Virus record (IMG/VR): IMGVR_UViG_3300042890_006716
Length of the DNA stretch: 20,000 nucleotides
Origin: an uncultured virus (IMG/VR IMGVR_UViG_3300042890_006716)
Lineage: Duplodnaviria; Heunggongvirae; Uroviricota; Caudoviricetes
Strand: one strand, 5' to 3'
Position 1 is the first letter of the stretch. Each line of letters begins with the position of its first letter. Positions 16,659 to 20,000 of this stretch are shown here, in pieces. Both the position numbers and the translations under genes were made by a program. A model generated the notes under the pieces. The model was given only the letters and a program-made list of their open reading frames with translations, ran no database searches and was not told the origin of the DNA.

Positions 16659-16688
16659 AAAGGGGAGTAGCGAATTCCCCTTTTTTTT
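16657..16688 (+). terminator. Rho-independent terminator
   Basis: AAAAAGGGGAGT-AGCG-AATTCCCCTTTTTTTT. Confidence 0.85.
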
Positions 16689-16757
16689 GTTACCGAAACG
16701 GTAACGGTCCTAAATTGCCCTGATAACAGGGTGGCTATTGTTAATATAAATATTAAC
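16689..16757. repeat. Three further consecutive short inverted repeats
   Basis: GTTACCG-AAA-CGGTAAC (16689-16705), GCCCTG-ATAA-CAGGGT (16717-16732) and GTTAATA-TAAA-TATTAAC (16740-16757). Confidence 0.75.
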
Positions 16758-16772
16758 CAAGTATTTATTATT

Positions 16773-17516
16773 ATGAACTTGACGAATTGTGTTAAAGAAA
16801 TATTGATGGAACAGATTAGGTCCAAATATACTAAGCCTACGCCTAATATAGAAAAAGTGGTTTATAACATTCTGAATAAGTATGTTGAGGGTTCCAATGT
16901 ATATCTTATAAAACATTATGAGACAAGATACGATTTGGAATGGTGTAAGGACGGGAAAATTATAATGGAATTGGCATTATTTTTCCACAACGATGAAAGT
17001 GTGTGGGATGACCCAAGAAAAATGATGGAACGAGCATTTATATCAGGAACGTTATTTATACCAAAAGGTAAGTTCAAAGAAACTTTAAATATTCTATCAC
17101 TTAGAGGGACTTATTTGACTCACTTGATGCTTCAGTGGTTTGAAGATACACAATTGGATGAGGTAAATAAAATAGTTGGTAGGGATGATATTGATGTTGA
17201 TGAGATATCTGTAGACCAAGAAATGAATAGTGTGTGTGTTCCACCACCAACAAAACCTGAAGGTATTACCAAAGACGAAATGATTGACTTTATTATTCCA
17301 AATACTTTATTTAAGAAGGATGAACTTCAAAAAGAGCCTGATGAGTGGATTGAACGAATGTATTTGATGAAATTACGAGCTCGACAAGCAGATGAATTAA
17401 AAGGTTCGTTAAGTGAGACCGAGATTACTGAAAGATGTTGGAAAGGATATACTCAAAAAGGTATGAAGACGATGTTTGGTAAAAGATATCCTAACTGTGT
17501 TAAGAATAAAAAGTAA
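16773..17516 (+). CDS. Hypothetical protein with C-terminal CWKGY...PNCV mini-domain
   Basis: ATG 16773 is preferred (TATTTAT 16762-16768). N-terminus MNLTNCVKEILMEQ; C-terminus ITE-RCWKGYTQKGMKTMFGKRYPNCVK. Confidence 0.8.
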   Translation: MNLTNCVKEILMEQIRSKYTKPTPNIEKVVYNILNKYVEGSNVYLIKHYETRYDLEWCKDGKIIMELALFFHNDESVWDDPRKMMERAFISGTLFIPKGKFKETLNILSLRGTYLTHLMLQWFEDTQLDEVNKIVGRDDIDVDEISVDQEMNSVCVPPPTKPEGITKDEMIDFIIPNTLFKKDELQKEPDEWIERMYLMKLRARQADELKGSLSETEITERCWKGYTQKGMKTMFGKRYPNCVKNKK

Positions 17517-17953
17517 TGAACCTACAAGAACAAATATCAAGAATACAATCAATGATGGGGATGATAACCGAAAGTCATAAAGACTGTGGAATTATGTACG
17601 AACCTGAATTAAAAAAAGATTTAGAATCCACAAACATTTTTGATATGGTGGTAAATGATAGTGATGAATTAATACACACACTTAACCCAAAAAAACAAAG
17701 ATTGTCACCAACAAAGAAAGTTTATAGTGTTCAAAAGGATATTAATATGGACTACGTAAATGATATGTCCGATGAAACATATGATAAAAAAGATATTCAT
17801 TTATACAAACACAAGGGAAAACTAATTGTAATAGATGGACACCATAGATTATGTAGGGATAGAATGAATGATAATGATTCTATGGTTTACATATGGGATA
17901 AAAATGATGCAGAACTTATTGACTGCATTTTTTATGGTATAGGAGATTGTTAA
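17516..17953 (+). CDS. ParB/sulfiredoxin N-terminal-like domain protein with conserved leader
   Basis: LIVIDGHHRL motif. Leader MNLQEQISRIQSMMGMITE. Confidence 0.65.
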   Translation: MNLQEQISRIQSMMGMITESHKDCGIMYEPELKKDLESTNIFDMVVNDSDELIHTLNPKKQRLSPTKKVYSVQKDINMDYVNDMSDETYDKKDIHLYKHKGKLIVIDGHHRLCRDRMNDNDSMVYIWDKNDAELIDCIFYGIGDC

Positions 17954-17983
17954 TATGAACCTACAAGAACAAATATCAAGAAT
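17516..17983 (+). repeat. 29-nt exact direct repeat at two gene starts
   Basis: ATGAACCTACAAGAACAAATATCAAGAAT at 17516-17544 and 17955-17983. Confidence 0.95.
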
Positions 17984-18383
17984 TAAGGAAGTTATGGGTG
18001 TAATATCTGAACAAGGTAAAGACCCTGTAACTGTTTTAAGTGGATTAGAAAAAGATATTGATAGTCTTTTAGGTTACTATGTTAAAGGTGAGAACGGTAA
18101 GTTTTATGATACCAAAGATACTTCACAATCAACACCTGTAGAACTCGGACCCACAGGAGCGTTCTTCAAAGCAAAGATAGAGAGTGTTATGTATGGTGCC
18201 AAACAACAAAACAAATACACACCACAATTAGATGAGATAAGGGAGAGGATTAAGAACGGTAAGTTTAAAGAGTATTTCGGTGAGTGGGATAACATAAGAG
18301 TCCAACCACAGAAGTTTGACTTTTACACGGGTGTTAAATGTACCTCACCAAACAAAAATCCTGGATGTGGACCAACAGTTTAA
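17955..18383 (+). CDS. Hypothetical protein with conserved leader
   Basis: Leader MNLQEQISRIKEVMGVISE. The remainder is unrelated to the 17516 ORF. Confidence 0.8.
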   Translation: MNLQEQISRIKEVMGVISEQGKDPVTVLSGLEKDIDSLLGYYVKGENGKFYDTKDTSQSTPVELGPTGAFFKAKIESVMYGAKQQNKYTPQLDEIRERIKNGKFKEYFGEWDNIRVQPQKFDFYTGVKCTSPNKNPGCGPTV

Positions 18384-18386
18384 TCA

Positions 18387-18542
18387 ATGATTAAGATTGA
18401 CATCAAAGTGGGGGACACGGTTCTTATGGGTAGATTTAAGAACAAAAAGGTTGTGGTTAAGTCAATCACATACGATGAACACGGAATGCCACTAATTAAT
18501 GGAAAACCTGCGTGTACATTTAGACTCAAGAAAGATATTTAA
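18387..18542 (+). CDS. Small KOW/SH3-like beta protein (51 aa, not in ORF track)
   Basis: MIKIDIKVGDTVLMGRFKNKKVVVKSITYDEHGMPLINGKPACTFRLKKDI fills the gap exactly. IKVGDTV...GRFK resembles a KOW motif. Confidence 0.7.
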   Translation: MIKIDIKVGDTVLMGRFKNKKVVVKSITYDEHGMPLINGKPACTFRLKKDI

Positions 18543-18547
18543 TCTTT

Positions 18548-18793
18548 ATGAGAGACGCATTTCCAATCATAAGTAAGAAGATTAGTTACAACGAAAAGGA
18601 ATGGACCATAAAGGATTTTTATGTAGTTCCTGGCAACCCTGAATTATATGTAGGATTAACTGACAATAAGGTAACGATGAACGTAAGGTTATCAGATATT
18701 GTGGGGATTATAACCAAAGAAGGGGTAGGGGAAGATTCGGTCCCGGCATCAGAAAGATTAGAGTTTTTTAAGAGTGATTTGATAACAATCTAA
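18548..18793 (+). CDS. Hypothetical protein (81 aa)
   Basis: ATG ORF 5 nt after the previous stop. Its 3' end overlaps the convergent gene by 36 nt. Confidence 0.65.
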   Translation: MRDAFPIISKKISYNEKEWTIKDFYVVPGNPELYVGLTDNKVTMNVRLSDIVGIITKEGVGEDSVPASERLEFFKSDLITI

Positions 18794-19117
18794 ATCCCAC
18801 TGCCGACCAAAGTCCATATTAAGGTCATACATCATAAATTTACGGACTTTTCGACACGATTCATATGCGTCATAAGAATATCCATCAAAGTATTCACCTT
18901 GAGTGATTTTACGTGGGTCAAATACAACTTTAATAATTTGTTTTTGATATGCTTTATTATCAGATGAACTCCAACCTTCCACACTATCACCTAAGAACAT
19001 CATAGTAATCTCAGGGAACATTTTCATAATAATCTTTTTGTATCTATCAAAGTTTTTGTTCGGGGATTTTTGTTCTACCAAAGATTCAAGCTGAGATTCG
19101 GTGATGAGGTAATTCAT
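18758..19117 (-). CDS. Hypothetical protein with MxYxITES leader
   Basis: Starts MNYLITESQLESLVEQ, 1 nt after the stop of the upstream minus-strand gene. Confidence 0.8.
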   Translation of the reverse strand: MNYLITESQLESLVEQKSPNKNFDRYKKIIMKMFPEITMMFLGDSVEGWSSSDNKAYQKQIIKVVFDPRKITQGEYFDGYSYDAYESCRKVRKFMMYDLNMDFGRQWDLDCYQITLKKL

Positions 19118-19118
19118 A

Positions 19119-19490
19119 TTAAAGTATTGTTTTAATTGGTAATGAAAATGATTCGTAAAACCATTTAATAAATACGGGTTTCCATAAATTTTGGAACATA
19201 GAATTTATTTCATAAAAGGTATTATTGGATTCAAAAACTAAAAGTGGGGATTGTCTAATCCTATAATCAACTGTACTTTCGTCTGGACCATCCCAATAAT
19301 CCTTACTATACCATCTGAAGATAACTTCATCATTTTCATAATCCCCAAGATAAAACACATAGGCAGTATCGTCAGGATTCCCATCATCGTCATACGCTTC
19401 AGTATAATTAATATCATCAACAGGGAACATTTCTTCAATGACACTAAGGATATATTCGTTTAATTTACTTTCGGTGATGATATACTTCAT
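19119..19490 (-). CDS. Acidic hypothetical protein with MxYxITES leader
   Basis: Starts MKYIITESKLNEYI. Two tandem TATTTAT motifs lie upstream. Confidence 0.8.
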   Translation of the reverse strand: MKYIITESKLNEYILSVIEEMFPVDDINYTEAYDDDGNPDDTAYVFYLGDYENDEVIFRWYSKDYWDGPDESTVDYRIRQSPLLVFESNNTFYEINSMFQNLWKPVFIKWFYESFSLPIKTIL

Positions 19491-19515
19491 ATGTGATAAA
19501 TATGTGATAAATATG
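19490..19515 (-). repeat. 11-nt tandem duplication containing the TATTTAT motif
   Basis: TATGTGATAAA twice (19490-19500, 19501-19511) plus a partial TATG. Confidence 0.85.
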
Positions 19516-19598
19516 AAACCAACTCATTCATTTCGATGGGTGAGGTTCGGGATAAACCCTCACACACCACACCTACATTCATTCTCAGGTTTCATATT
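19510..19598. repeat. ~90-nt imperfect palindromic element
   Basis: 11-bp terminal inverted repeat AATATGAAACC/GGTTTCATATT, inner GTGAGG/CCTCAC stem and a CATTCATT direct repeat on both arms. Confidence 0.75.
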
Positions 19599-19604
19599 CC
19601 AAAC

Positions 19605-19616
19605 TATTTATAAATA
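19605..19616. promoter_or_regulatory. Palindromic TATTTATAAATA (TATTTAT motif on both strands)
   Basis: Perfect 12-bp palindrome between the divergent genes, 9 nt before ATG 19626. Confidence 0.5.
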
Positions 19617-19625
19617 AAAATTATT

Positions 19626-20000
19626 ATGTGGCAAGCAAATATTACAATTAACAACAACACTGAATACAATTTAACTATTGATGGTGTTGGACCTGGCAAT
19701 CAAACAATTGGACCGAATTCACAAGTGTCGTGGTCATCAACAGAGGTACACAACACCAAGAGTCTTTTATTTTGGGTTCAGGAGAATGTATGGTATATGC
19801 AAGGTAACCTTTCATTTGGTCCTGAGGCGGGAGTGTATGTGGACCGTGGATGGATGGCGGACAATGACCAAACTATTGAGATGATTGCGGACGCAAACGG
19901 TAAGACGTGGACTCAGACACAAAACGGTGGAGAAACACTCTTAGCGTGGAATGAATTTGAAAGTGGTGGTGATATAACACTCACGTTTAACAAACAATAA
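19626..20000 (+). CDS. Hypothetical beta-rich, Trp/Asn/Thr-rich protein (124 aa)
   Basis: Complete ORF from ATG 19626 to TAA 19998-20000. Confidence 0.8.
   Translation: MWQANITINNNTEYNLTIDGVGPGNQTIGPNSQVSWSSTEVHNTKSLLFWVQENVWYMQGNLSFGPEAGVYVDRGWMADNDQTIEMIADANGKTWTQTQNGGETLLAWNEFESGGDITLTFNKQ

Noticed and set aside
16745..16752. T4-type late promoter TATAAATA in sense orientation
   Set aside because: Occurs in sense orientation only here and within the 19605 palindrome, both parts of inverted repeats. The motif that recurs before genes is the opposite orientation, TATTTAT.
19560..19595. Minus-strand micro-ORF MKPENECRCGV
   Set aside because: Only 11 codons and lies within the palindromic element, which explains the sequence better.
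483..19884. Short alternative-frame or antisense ORFs in the track (e.g. 483-713, 1197-1406, 1346-1567, 3521-3823, 3971-4165, 5268-5456, 7902-8123, 8172-8471, 12148-12354, 12474-12692, 14747-14956, 16065-16302, 16634-16916, 18104-18295, 19238-19463, 19678-19884)
   Set aside because: They are nested in or antisense to well-supported genes, have no motifs or upstream signals, and are probably shadow ORFs.
1..20000. Stop-codon reassignment as seen in some large Bacteroidota phages
   Set aside because: Recognisable genes are full-length in code 11, TAA, TAG and TGA all end genes at sensible positions, and coding density is already high.
1..20000. CRISPR array, tRNA, rRNA, transposase or integrase
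   Set aside because: I saw no regularly spaced repeats, cloverleaf with T-loop consensus, or recombinase motifs.

Overview
AT-rich, gene-dense 20 kb segment that reads as part of a large dsDNA bacteriophage genome, probably infecting Bacteroidota. No capsid, terminase or polymerase gene is in the window, so viral origin is inferred from gene content and organisation. The host inference rests on repeated TTG-N20-TAnnTTTG promoters, no evident Shine-Dalgarno motifs and a T9SS-like C-terminal domain. Recognisable genes: three GT2 glycosyltransferases, UDP-galactopyranose mutase, an LpxH-like phosphoesterase, a cytidylyltransferase, a GH19 lysin, a calcineurin-like phosphoesterase, a P-loop kinase, a DRB0094-type RNA ligase, an SPFH protein, a cyclophilin and many small hypothetical proteins. 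The most interesting unexplained signals are: (1) a DIP1984-like coiled-coil gene followed by a ~175-nt non-coding element closed by a long stem and containing six TYAAA motifs (candidate protein-ncRNA system); (2) unrelated cargo proteins sharing short N-terminal leaders ending in [I/L]-x-E, mostly preceded by a TATTTAT motif (candidate capsid-targeting and prohead-protease system); (3) a small AEP/primase-like gene followed by four consecutive hairpins; (4) a ~90-nt inverted-repeat element at 19510-19598. All family assignments come from motif recognition by eye, not database searches.
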